Shown one piece after another: positions 7,682 through 15,408 of a DNA stretch of 24,000 bases. The stretch lies in NCBI GenBank assembly GCA_000200715.1, contig DP000238.1:6519-30518 (forward strand), in the 5' to 3' direction. Below the pieces are notes generated by a model that did no database searches, was not told the DNA's origin, and saw nothing but the letters and a program-made list of their open reading frames with translations. A program made the translations under genes and the position numbers. Source of the DNA: Cenarchaeum symbiosum A. GTDB taxonomy: Archaea; Thermoproteota; Nitrososphaeria; Nitrososphaerales; Nitrosopumilaceae. Each line of letters begins with the position of its first letter. Within the stretch, counting starts at the first letter, position 1.

Positions 7682-9787
7682 ATGGCCGAGTCGGTCTTTC
7701 TCTCACCCGCTTCAATAGCCGTAATCGGCGCGTCGGACAAAGAGGGCAGCGTGGGCAGGACCATCACCTCGAATATCATGAAGGGCTTTACCGGGACAGT
7801 CTATCCGATAAGCCCCACCAGACAGGAGGTATTTGGCAAAAAGGCGTTCAAGACTGTTCTAGACGTACCCGGGAATATCGACCTTGCTGTAATAGTGATA
7901 AAGAACACCTTTGTGCCCGCCGTTCTCGAAGAGTGCGGCAAAAAAGGAATACGTGGCGCCATAGTGATAACTGCCGGCTTTAAAGAAGTGGGCAAAGAGG
8001 GCGCCATTCTAGAGGGCCAGCTCCGCGACATAGCTGCAAAGCACAACATGGGGATCATCGGCCCCAACTGTCTAGGCGTGATGAACCTCGACCCCAAGAC
8101 AATGATGAACGCCACATTCCTAAAGATAACCCCAAAGACCGGCCATATCGCGCTAGTCTCGCAGAGCGGGGCCATCTGCGCGGCCCTCTGCGAGGATGCG
8201 AGCGCCCAGGGAATAGGCTTCTCTGCCATAATCAGCATGGGGAACAAGGCCGCCATGACCGAAATAGAGGTGCTAAAAATGCTCGCCGACCACGAGCAGA
8301 CAAGGGTGATAGTCATGTATCTCGAAGACATGGGTGACGGCCAGGAGTTTCTCCGTGTAGCGAGGCACATCACCCGCGAGCTCAAAAAGCCAATCCTCGT
8401 GCTAAAATCGGGCAGAAGCCCCGAGGGTGCAAAGGCCGCCATGTCGCATACAGGGGCACTGATGGGTTCCGACGAGATATACGACGCCCTTCTCCGCCAG
8501 TCGGGGGCCATACGTGTAGACACCATGGAGGAGCTATTCGACTATGCGACAGCTTTTTCAAAGCAGCCGCTCCCAAAAGACGGCCTGGTCATAGTGTCTA
8601 ATGCAGGCGGCCCTGCCATAATATCGACCGACATGTGCTCAAAGCTCGGCATAAAGATGGCGGACATATCGAGCATACAAAAGGAGATAGACGCGGTGAT
8701 ACCCCCCTGGGGCAGCTCGCGCAATCCAGTCGACATAGTAGGCGATGCCGATTATAACAGGTTCGAGGGCGTATTGGACAAGGTGCTCTCCCACCCGTCT
8801 GTCGGCTCTGTAATATCGATGTGCACTCCCTCGGGCACACTAGACTATGACGGGCTGGCACGAGTCATAGTAAAGATGTCGGCCAAGCACAAAAAAACAA
8901 TGCTGGCCAGCCTGATGGGTTTAGACGAGGGGACTACAAACCGTGACATCCTCTCAGAAGGAGGCATCCCGTATTACATGTATGCCGAGGGCGCCATCCA
9001 GACCCTATACGCGATGCTGCTCTTTGTCCACGGCACATCGGCAGAACACGGCAGCATACCGGATTATCCAGTGGATAAAGAAGCGGCAGGGAAGATAATA
9101 AGAGATGCCATAGGAGAAGGCAGGTCTTCGCTGCTCGAAGAAGAAGGCCAGGCTGTCTTGCGCGCGTACGGCCTGCCCATGCCGGAGAGTGCTGCTGCAT
9201 CCGATCCCGATAAAGCAGTCGAAGCTGCAAAAAAGATAGGCTATCCCGTAGTCATGAAGATAATATCCCCGCAGATAACCCACAAGTCGGACGCCGGCGG
9301 CGTAAAGGTGGGCATATCAAATGAACAAGAGGCCAGGGCCGCCTATTCCGAGATTATCGAAAATGCAAAAAAGTACGATCAGAACGCAGAGATCAAAGGG
9401 GTGCTGATAGTAGAAATGGTCAAAGGTGGAAGGGAGATGATCATAGGCTCCAAGCAGGAGCCCGGCATGGGCCCGGTAATAATGCTGGGCATGGGCGGCA
9501 TATACGTCGAAGTACTCAAGGATGTCACCTTTCGGCTGGCCCCCATAACAGACAAAGAGGCAGAAGAGATGATATCGGGGATCAAAATGCACAGGATCCT
9601 CGACGGGGTACGGGGCGAGAAGCCCTCCGATAAAACAGCCCTCGCAGAATGCATGCTCCGGCTCTCCCGGCTGGCATCGGACTTTGCCGAGATCCGCGAG
9701 CTCGATATGAACCCCGTTCTAGTTTTAGAGAATGGGAGGGGGTGCCGCGTGCTAGATGTAAGGATAGGCCTTGGCCCAGGGGAATAG
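7682..9787 (+). CDS. ADP-forming (NDP-forming) acyl-CoA synthetase, fused alpha-beta. Probable 4-hydroxybutyrate-CoA ligase, judged from its position next to the dehydratase gene
   Basis: N-terminal CoA-binding SIAVIGASDKEGSVG, phosphohistidine loop MSHTGALMG, and C-terminal ATP-grasp GYPVVMKIISPQITHKSDAGGVKVGI. 701 aa. TATA-like ctttatta lies 27 nt upstream. Confidence 0.9.
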   Translation: MAESVFLSPASIAVIGASDKEGSVGRTITSNIMKGFTGTVYPISPTRQEVFGKKAFKTVLDVPGNIDLAVIVIKNTFVPAVLEECGKKGIRGAIVITAGFKEVGKEGAILEGQLRDIAAKHNMGIIGPNCLGVMNLDPKTMMNATFLKITPKTGHIALVSQSGAICAALCEDASAQGIGFSAIISMGNKAAMTEIEVLKMLADHEQTRVIVMYLEDMGDGQEFLRVARHITRELKKPILVLKSGRSPEGAKAAMSHTGALMGSDEIYDALLRQSGAIRVDTMEELFDYATAFSKQPLPKDGLVIVSNAGGPAIISTDMCSKLGIKMADISSIQKEIDAVIPPWGSSRNPVDIVGDADYNRFEGVLDKVLSHPSVGSVISMCTPSGTLDYDGLARVIVKMSAKHKKTMLASLMGLDEGTTNRDILSEGGIPYYMYAEGAIQTLYAMLLFVHGTSAEHGSIPDYPVDKEAAGKIIRDAIGEGRSSLLEEEGQAVLRAYGLPMPESAAASDPDKAVEAAKKIGYPVVMKIISPQITHKSDAGGVKVGISNEQEARAAYSEIIENAKKYDQNAEIKGVLIVEMVKGGREMIIGSKQEPGMGPVIMLGMGGIYVEVLKDVTFRLAPITDKEAEEMISGIKMHRILDGVRGEKPSDKTALAECMLRLSRLASDFAEIRELDMNPVLVLENGRGCRVLDVRIGLGPGE

Positions 9788-9830
9788 CAGAATGCAGGAC
9801 TGCGTGCCTGTGCGTATTTCCCGTTGAGAA

Positions 9831-9838
9831 TTTTTATA
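9831..9838 (+). promoter_or_regulatory. TATA-like box for the 4-hydroxybutyryl-CoA dehydratase gene
   Basis: tttttata lies 22 nt upstream of the ATG at 9860. Confidence 0.45.
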
Positions 9839-9859
9839 CCACCTAAAAGTAATAGATCC

Positions 9860-11383
9860 ATGCAAGCGATCACAGACGGCGACACCTACATTGACAGCCT
9901 CCGGGGCAGAAAGATGAAGGTCTACCTTATGGGCGAGCTCATAGAGAACTATGTGGACCACCCCATGATAAGGCCGTCAATAAACGCAGTGGCCGAGACG
10001 TACGACCTTGCGGTCAGGGAGCCGGAGCTGGCCTCTGTGGAATCCAAGCTGACCGGCAGGCGCATAAACCGGTTCCTCCACATTGTGGAGAGCCCCGACG
10101 ATCTTGTCATGCAGAACAAAATGCAGAGAAAGCTCGGCCAGAACACGGGCACGTGCTTTCAGCGCTGTGTCGGCATGGATGCTTTAAACGCCCTCCATTC
10201 GACCACCTATGAAATAGACGAAAAGCACGGGACGACCTACCACAAAAAGCTGCTGGACTTTATCAAGATGATACAGGGCGAAAACGCGGTAATAGGCGGC
10301 GCCATGTCGGATCCCAAGGGCGACCGCAGCAAGGGGCCGTCAGAACAGGTGGACCCGGATCTTTACACCCATATCGTGGCAAAGGACGACAAGGGGATAT
10401 ACGTATCCGGCGCAAAGGCGCACCAGACGGGCTGCATAAACTCCCACTGGATAATCATCATGCCGACCATGAGATTGACAGAAGACGACAGGGACTGGGC
10501 GGTTGTCGGCGCGATACCTGCCGATGCGGAAGGCCTCACGTACATCTATGGAAGGCAGTCATGCGATACCCGCAGCATGGAGGAAGGCGACATAGACGAC
10601 GGCAATGCAAAGTTCAGCGGGCAGGAGGCCATGATAATACTCGACAAGGTATTCGTCCCGTGGGAGCACATATTCATGAACGGCGAATACGAGTTTGCCT
10701 CGATGCTAGTAGAGCGCTTTACCTGCTATCACCGGCGCAGCTATGTATGCAAGACAGGGGTGGGCGATGTCCTGATAGGGGCCGCAGGGACTATCGCCGA
10801 CTATAACGGCGTGCCAAAGGTCTCCCATATACGCGAAAAAATGATAGAGATGACCCATCTGAATGAGACGATATATGCAGCAGGGATAGCCTCCTCATAC
10901 CAGGCGCAAAAGATGAAGTCCGGCGTCTACCTGAATGATGACATGCTAGCCCAGGTCTGCAAGCACAATGTCACAAAGTTCCCGTACGAGATAGCGCGCC
11001 TGACCCAGGACATAGCCGGCGGATTAATGGTCACCCTTCCCTCTGAAAAAGATTTCAGAAACCCAGAGACTGGGCCCCTGCTCAAAAAGTACCTTGTGGG
11101 CCGCAAGGGCGTAGACGTAGAGAACCGCATGAGGATACTCCGCCTTATCGAGAACATGACCATGGGGAGAAACGCCGTCGGCTATCTCACAGAGTCCATG
11201 CACGGGGCAGGCTCTCCCCAGGCGCAGAGAATACAGATACAGAGGCAGATGCAGCTAGGATACAAGATGAACCTGGCAAAGAACCTGGCAGGGATAACAG
11301 GGGATAACAACGAGCCGAGCGAGGATGCGTCCTACTTTAGGCGTGTATTCAAGATAGAAAAGCGGCCGCCCCCGGAAGAATAA
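9860..11383 (+). CDS. hcd: 4-hydroxybutyryl-CoA dehydratase (AbfD family)
   Basis: Full-length resemblance to AbfD-type dehydratases, including GTCFQRCVG (CxxxC) and CYHRRSYVCK cluster-ligand regions. The ATG at 9860 lies 22 nt after tttttata (9831-9838). The track's 9824 start is a TTG. Confidence 0.92.
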   Translation: MQAITDGDTYIDSLRGRKMKVYLMGELIENYVDHPMIRPSINAVAETYDLAVREPELASVESKLTGRRINRFLHIVESPDDLVMQNKMQRKLGQNTGTCFQRCVGMDALNALHSTTYEIDEKHGTTYHKKLLDFIKMIQGENAVIGGAMSDPKGDRSKGPSEQVDPDLYTHIVAKDDKGIYVSGAKAHQTGCINSHWIIIMPTMRLTEDDRDWAVVGAIPADAEGLTYIYGRQSCDTRSMEEGDIDDGNAKFSGQEAMIILDKVFVPWEHIFMNGEYEFASMLVERFTCYHRRSYVCKTGVGDVLIGAAGTIADYNGVPKVSHIREKMIEMTHLNETIYAAGIASSYQAQKMKSGVYLNDDMLAQVCKHNVTKFPYEIARLTQDIAGGLMVTLPSEKDFRNPETGPLLKKYLVGRKGVDVENRMRILRLIENMTMGRNAVGYLTESMHGAGSPQAQRIQIQRQMQLGYKMNLAKNLAGITGDNNEPSEDASYFRRVFKIEKRPPPEE

Positions 11384-11396
11384 CCTCTATTCCAGA

Positions 11397-12371
11397 TCAG
11401 CGTTTTTCTTCGGCCTTGTCTTCAGTGGCCGTATCGGATGATTCACCGGCGGCCTTGGCCCCGGGATCGCCCTTTTCTTTGGCCCCTGTATCGCCGGATG
11501 ATTCACCGGCGGCCTTGGCCCCGGGATCGCTCTCCGCTTTGACCCCGGGTTCGCCGGATGATTCACCGGCGGCCTTGGCCCCGGGATCGCTCTCCGCTTT
11601 GACCCCGGGTTCGCCGGATGATTCACCGGCGGCCTTGGCCTCGGGATCGCCCTCCACTTTGGCCCCGGGATCGCCCTTCTCTCTGCCCCCTGTATCGCCG
11701 GATAGTTCACTGGCAGTCTTCCACCCGGAATCGCCCTTTTCTTTGCCCTCTGTACCGCCTGCTTCACCGGCACGATCCCTGTAGGGATCATCACGGGGGG
11801 CCTCACCATCGAACAACCCGGCAGTATCCGGGCCGGGAACATCGGCCATCTCCGGCACCTCTTTTTTCTTTCTGGACTTTAGATAGTACTGCGTTATGAC
11901 CACTGCTGCTATCACAGCCAGGATGATATAGTTTATCGGGGGCATGACCGCCCTTGTCACGTACCCTATCTGGGGTATTACATAGGCCACCTGCCCTATG
12001 TACTCTTCTTCTGTTATGGGAAAGTCAGTCCCCGGTATGGATGCAGGATTGGCGTCGCCTTTCGTCCTTATCGTCAGCGGGTTTTCGTCTATTATAGACG
12101 CGACCCTGTGCACTATCACGCGGTCCTGTCCCGAGGGGCGGTTGAACACTATGACATCGCCCACCTGGACCTCTGAAAACGGATCATTCCCGTTGACTAT
12201 CAATACATCGTACACTTCGAGCTCGGGTATCATGCTGCCGCTCGACACAACATAGAACGGGTTCTGCGTCCCAAAGACAAGGGGCAGCCCTATCCATATT
12301 ATTGCCAGCCCGACGGCAAATATCGCGCCGTCCTTTATTATCTCACGCTTTAATGATTTGCCGCCCATCAT
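11397..12371 (-). CDS. Signal peptidase I (archaeal/Sec11 type, S26B) with extra C-terminal TM and a repeat-rich acidic tail
   Basis: N-terminal TM, then VVSSGSMIPELEVYDVLIV (Ser box), VIVHRV (His box) and KGDAN. A second TM follows (INYIILAVIAAVVITQYYL), then ~140 aa of G/E/S/K/P/A 20-aa repeats. Confidence 0.85.
   Translation of the reverse strand: MMGGKSLKREIIKDGAIFAVGLAIIWIGLPLVFGTQNPFYVVSSGSMIPELEVYDVLIVNGNDPFSEVQVGDVIVFNRPSGQDRVIVHRVASIIDENPLTIRTKGDANPASIPGTDFPITEEEYIGQVAYVIPQIGYVTRAVMPPINYIILAVIAAVVITQYYLKSRKKKEVPEMADVPGPDTAGLFDGEAPRDDPYRDRAGEAGGTEGKEKGDSGWKTASELSGDTGGREKGDPGAKVEGDPEAKAAGESSGEPGVKAESDPGAKAAGESSGEPGVKAESDPGAKAAGESSGDTGAKEKGDPGAKAAGESSDTATEDKAEEKR
11491..11640. repeat. 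Perfect 60-bp tandem repeat (2.5 copies) inside the signal peptidase tail, with degenerate copies spanning ~11431-11760
   Basis: 11521-11580 and 11581-11640 are identical. 11491-11520 equals 11551-11580 and 11611-11640. Flanking copies diverge. The unit encodes 20 aa (AGESSGEPGVKAESDPGAKA) in frame. Confidence 0.9.
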
Positions 12372-12398
12372 CCTACCTGCCAGGCGCCCACGCCCTAG

Positions 12399-13202
12399 TT
12401 AGATCTGGTTTCCGCACTGCTCGCAGAACTTGGAATCCGGCTTGTTTGAAAAGCCGCATCCGGGGCACTTGCCTGCAGATCCCGCGCCCGGCTCCCCTAG
12501 CAGTATTATCTCGCCTATCTTTTTTACCCTGCTCCACTCGACTGCCACCAGCTCGCCTGCCGCCCCCGTCACGGATAGTACCGCCTTTTGGTCCTGGTCC
12601 ACGCAGACCTCGCCCGCTGTTCCTACCTTGACGCCGCTGCCGTCAAAGACGGCCATTCCGGATATCGGGGTGAGCTTTGCAGGCTTTGGTGCGGGCTTTG
12701 GAGTCTGCGCCAGCTGCGCCTGCTCTTGTAGAACCTGCGGTTCTACCTGGTCCTGCATGGGATGCGTGTGCTGGCCAGGCTCCATCTGTATCTGCCCCTG
12801 CTGAGTCTGCATCTGCTGTTCGGGCTGTGCAACGTTCTCATAGCCTTCTGCCGGCTTTGCCTTGCCGATATCAGACCCTTCGTCGCCTTTTTCAAACTCC
12901 CTGTATTCTGCTATCGTAGATCCGCATGTGGCACAGATGTACTGGCCTCTCTCCGCCAGGAACAGGTTCTCGGCCACTTCTTCTTTAGAGTTCTCAAATT
13001 CTATCTTGGGGCTGCCCTCGTATTCCTTCTCGCAAGTATTGCACGAATACTTTGTTATCTTGTCGGCCTCCAGCCTCCCTATGGGGGCCAGGAACAGGTC
13101 CGGCCCGCCTAAATTGGCCTTTCTCTGCTGGTCGTCCGTAACGTTGGCCATCACATACCCGCCGGAGCCCCTGAGCTTCTTTAATCTCATCTCCGAACTC
13201 AT
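12399..13202 (-). CDS. Zinc-ribbon / Q-rich linker / PRC-barrel-like / zinc-ribbon protein (hypothetical)
   Basis: N-terminal CNTC-x29-CATC, a Q/P-rich linker, a PRC-barrel-like segment (GMAVFDGSGVKVGTAGEVCVDQD...EWSRVKKIGEIILLGE), and C-terminal CPGCGFSNKPDSKFCEQCG. It ends 27 nt upstream of the signal peptidase gene on the same strand. Confidence 0.65.
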   Translation of the reverse strand: MSSEMRLKKLRGSGGYVMANVTDDQQRKANLGGPDLFLAPIGRLEADKITKYSCNTCEKEYEGSPKIEFENSKEEVAENLFLAERGQYICATCGSTIAEYREFEKGDEGSDIGKAKPAEGYENVAQPEQQMQTQQGQIQMEPGQHTHPMQDQVEPQVLQEQAQLAQTPKPAPKPAKLTPISGMAVFDGSGVKVGTAGEVCVDQDQKAVLSVTGAAGELVAVEWSRVKKIGEIILLGEPGAGSAGKCPGCGFSNKPDSKFCEQCGNQI

Positions 13203-13352
13203 GGATCAGGTTCATACCAGAGTCATTTAAGTTATTATCCGGCGGGAAGGGCCCGTCTTTGATGGGCCCCTGCTTGGAACCTGCCCCCGGCAGAGCCCCG
13301 GAACGGCTCTCGGTGGAACATATTTAGGGGCCAAGTGGGTACAAACCCTACA

Positions 13353-13685
13353 ATGGGAATCACACAGATATCCGATACAAAGTCGTGGGAGAGCGACGTG
13401 ATGAACTCGCCGACACCCGTCTTTGTGGACTTTTGGGCCGAATGGTGCGGGCCCTGCAGGATGGTGACCCCTGTCGTAGAGGAGCTGGCGTCCGATTACG
13501 AGGGCAAGGTCAGCTTTGTCAAGGTCAATGTAGACGAGGCAAACGAGCTTGCCTCCAGATACAACGTATTCAGCATACCGACCCTGGCACTCTTCAGCAA
13601 GGGCAAGATCATAGGCCAGCAGGTGGGCGCAGCATCCAAGGAAGCCTACAAAAAGATGATCGACTCGGCCCTCGAAAAGGCCTAG
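13353..13685 (+). CDS. trxA: Thioredoxin
   Basis: FWAEWCGPCRM active site and IPTLALF cis-Pro loop, ~110 aa. The ATG at 13353 lies 27 nt after atattta (13320-13326). The track start at 13335 is a GTG. Confidence 0.92.
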   Translation: MGITQISDTKSWESDVMNSPTPVFVDFWAEWCGPCRMVTPVVEELASDYEGKVSFVKVNVDEANELASRYNVFSIPTLALFSKGKIIGQQVGAASKEAYKKMIDSALEKA

Positions 13686-13931
13686 GCCTGCCGCCGGATT
13701 CGTCTATAAAGAAAGGCGCCAAATCCTTGTTGTTTTTAACGTCCTCGGATGTGGCCGCCCGCCATTTTATCCCGGGATCCTCCCCCAGGCTTGGGCGCTT
13801 TGGGTTTAGGCTAAAGCATGTGAAAAGACGGCTGTGCCGGAATCCATGCCTGAAATCAGGCTTCACACAGGGCAAACTCCCACAGCCGGGGCTGCCAAAG
13901 TAATTAATAACACACAACCGGGGGTGTATCC

Positions 13932-14483
13932 ATGTCGTTTGGCGAAGTGGACACCCTCAACATGCTCATGGAGAGGCTCGATACACTGTTCAACGAATCC
14001 CAGGGGTACTATGAGGGGTTCCTCGACGCCAACACCCTGTACAAGGCAGGCAAGCTCTCCGACAAGGAATTCTTTGCAAAGATGGGCGATTATATCGTGG
14101 CGTATTCCGCGCTCGAATTTTTAGGAATAAAGGTGATATTCGAGATCAAAAAGACTCTCGACAAGGCGTCCGGCGGCGCCACAGTCCCCACTGTGCAATC
14201 TCCAGGCGGAATGCACGGGATAAGCCTCGGGGGAATGGCCGGCGGCATGCCGGGGGGAATGCCCGGCGCCCAGGGACAGCAGCCGCGAATGGGCACGCCA
14301 GAGGCGCCGGTGGGATCCCCGCCGGGGATAGTCTCGGCAGGCGAGGGCTTTACCCAGCCGGGCACGCTGCCGGCACCCGACCCGTCGCTTCTGCCCAGGC
14401 CGCAGGGCGGCTCGTGCAATTCATGCGGCGGCCCATTGCGCGAAAATGCAAAGTTTTGCACAAAGTGCGGGGCCCGCACCTGA
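13932..14483 (+). CDS. Hypothetical protein: helical N-domain, G/M/P-rich low-complexity linker, C-terminal zinc ribbon
   Basis: 183-aa ORF containing GGMHGISLGGMAGGMPGGMPGAQGQQP and ending CNSCGGPLRENAKFCTKCG. taattaataa (13901-13910) lies 22 nt before the ATG. Confidence 0.6.
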   Translation: MSFGEVDTLNMLMERLDTLFNESQGYYEGFLDANTLYKAGKLSDKEFFAKMGDYIVAYSALEFLGIKVIFEIKKTLDKASGGATVPTVQSPGGMHGISLGGMAGGMPGGMPGAQGQQPRMGTPEAPVGSPPGIVSAGEGFTQPGTLPAPDPSLLPRPQGGSCNSCGGPLRENAKFCTKCGART

Positions 14484-14843
14484 CTATTGGGTAGTGCCGC
14501 ATTCGGGGCAGAACCTTGCCACCGACGACATCTTTCCGCCGCATTCTGAACAGAACTTTGAATCCGAACCGGAATCTATCCCCGTCCCCCCGTATATTGA
14601 AGAGTGCCTGACTGCGCCCGAGGGGGAGAAGCTCTCCTCGTCGACTACGTTTACCGGGGCAAAGTCCTTCTCCTCTACAAACGAGTATATCCGCGGCTTC
14701 ATCACCTCCTTGTTGTCGGGGGCAGGTATCATGTCGCCTAACCAGAATGCAAAGCGCTTGAGTGTCAGGTCCGGCGTCGAGAACGTCAGCGTATGGGCCG
14801 ACATGTACTCTTCTGCGGCCTTTCTTCCGTCAAAGATCTCCAT
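14484..14843 (-). CDS. Hypothetical protein with C-terminal zinc ribbon
   Basis: 119-aa ORF ending KFCSECGGKMSSVARFCPECG. Its stop codon abuts the stop of the convergent 13932-14483 gene with no spacer. It lies 19 nt downstream of the YwbE-like gene on the same strand. Confidence 0.6.
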   Translation of the reverse strand: MEIFDGRKAAEEYMSAHTLTFSTPDLTLKRFAFWLGDMIPAPDNKEVMKPRIYSFVEEKDFAPVNVVDEESFSPSGAVRHSSIYGGTGIDSGSDSKFCSECGGKMSSVARFCPECGTTQ

Positions 14844-14862
14844 AATCTAGGGCGGCAGCAGT

Positions 14863-15093
14863 TTACGTATAATGGTTTTGATTCAGAATCTTCTCTACGC
14901 GCCCCACCCGGCCGTCACGCAGCCGGACCTTTATCCCGCGTGGGTGGGAATAAGAGCGGGTCAGTATGTCCTGGACTATGCCCTCGGTGAGGCTGCCGGT
15001 CCCCTGGTCGGCCTTTGTGACTACCGAGACAAGGGCCCCGTACCGGACCTCGCGCCTCTCAGTTATGGTCACCTGCCGCCCCTCTCGTGGCAT
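14863..15093 (-). CDS. YwbE-like (DUF2196) small conserved protein
   Basis: VVTKADQGTGSLTEGIVQDILTRSYSHPRGIKVRLRDGRVGRVEKIL matches my recollection of the YwbE family signature. An alternative GTG start at 15072 would form a GTGA overlap with the upstream micro-ORF's stop. Confidence 0.75.
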   Translation of the reverse strand: MPREGRQVTITERREVRYGALVSVVTKADQGTGSLTEGIVQDILTRSYSHPRGIKVRLRDGRVGRVEKILNQNHYT

Positions 15094-15200
15094 TCTTCAC
15101 ACCAGCCTTCTTTTCCGTCATCAAAGGTGTACACCCACCTGACCCTTCCGCATGAATTGCAGGGCCCCGTAAACTTGTCCTTTCCCTCGCCTTCTGCCAT
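15069..15200 (-). CDS. 43-aa 4-Cys zinc-ribbon micro-protein (not in the ORF track)
   Basis: Hand translation: MAEGEGKDKFTGPCNSCGRVRWVYTFDDGKEGWCEECHERGGR, ending at a TGA. It has CxxC-x16-CxxC. gttttatg (minus strand, 15223-15230) lies 23 nt upstream of the ATG. Confidence 0.5.
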   Translation of the reverse strand: MAEGEGKDKFTGPCNSCGRVRWVYTFDDGKEGWCEECHERGGR

Positions 15201-15260
15201 GCATAGGGTGCCACCGGGGGCCCATAAAACCTTGCCGCGGGTCCCGCTTTGCCTGTATAG

Positions 15261-15335
15261 TGGTGGACCGGGAGGGAATTGAACCCCCGACTTCTGCGTT
15301 GCGAACGCAGCATTATACCCCTAAACCACCGGCCC
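15261..15335 (-). tRNA. tRNA-Ala (anticodon CGC), CCA encoded
   Basis: Hand-folded cloverleaf. Acceptor GGGCCGG/CCGGUCC carries the G3:U70 alanine identity pair. Anticodon arm CUGCG-UUCGCAA-CGCAG. T arm GGGGG-UUCAAUU-CCCUC. 75 nt. Confidence 0.85.
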
Positions 15336-15408
15336 CGCGGTGGTAGAATCGCCTCTATTTTTATTCATTTACTCAAGGAATAATACCCCGTGTGCGGGGG
15401 CACCCGCG

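Noticed and set aside
7801-8526. Long antisense or alternative-frame ORFs inside strong genes. Examples: 7801-8526(-), 9379-9885(-), 18796-19440(+), 19437-20018(+), 21403-22377(+), 12430-12804(+), 17547-17966(-).
   Set aside because: They lie opposite or out of frame to genes with clear family signatures. They are S/P/A/R-rich low-complexity translations typical of shadow ORFs in high-GC DNA, and they have no recognisable motifs.
11387-11842. ORFs 11387-11842(-) and 11416-11784(+), and the possibility that the 60-bp repeats are a CRISPR or other non-coding array.
   Set aside because: The repeats are contiguous with no unique spacers, are 60 bp long, and stay in frame with the signal peptidase ORF. 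The other two ORFs are just alternative frames of the same repeat.
13609-13917. ORF 13609-13917(-), and possible ncRNA or C/D-box sRNA in the 246-nt spacer after thioredoxin. A similar look was taken at 23270-23420 (an ATGATGT C-box-like string).
   Set aside because: The ORF overlaps the thioredoxin 3' end and has an odd composition. I could not find paired C (RUGAUGA) and D (CUGA) boxes with terminal complementarity, and only a weak 5-6 bp hairpin (13848-13861).
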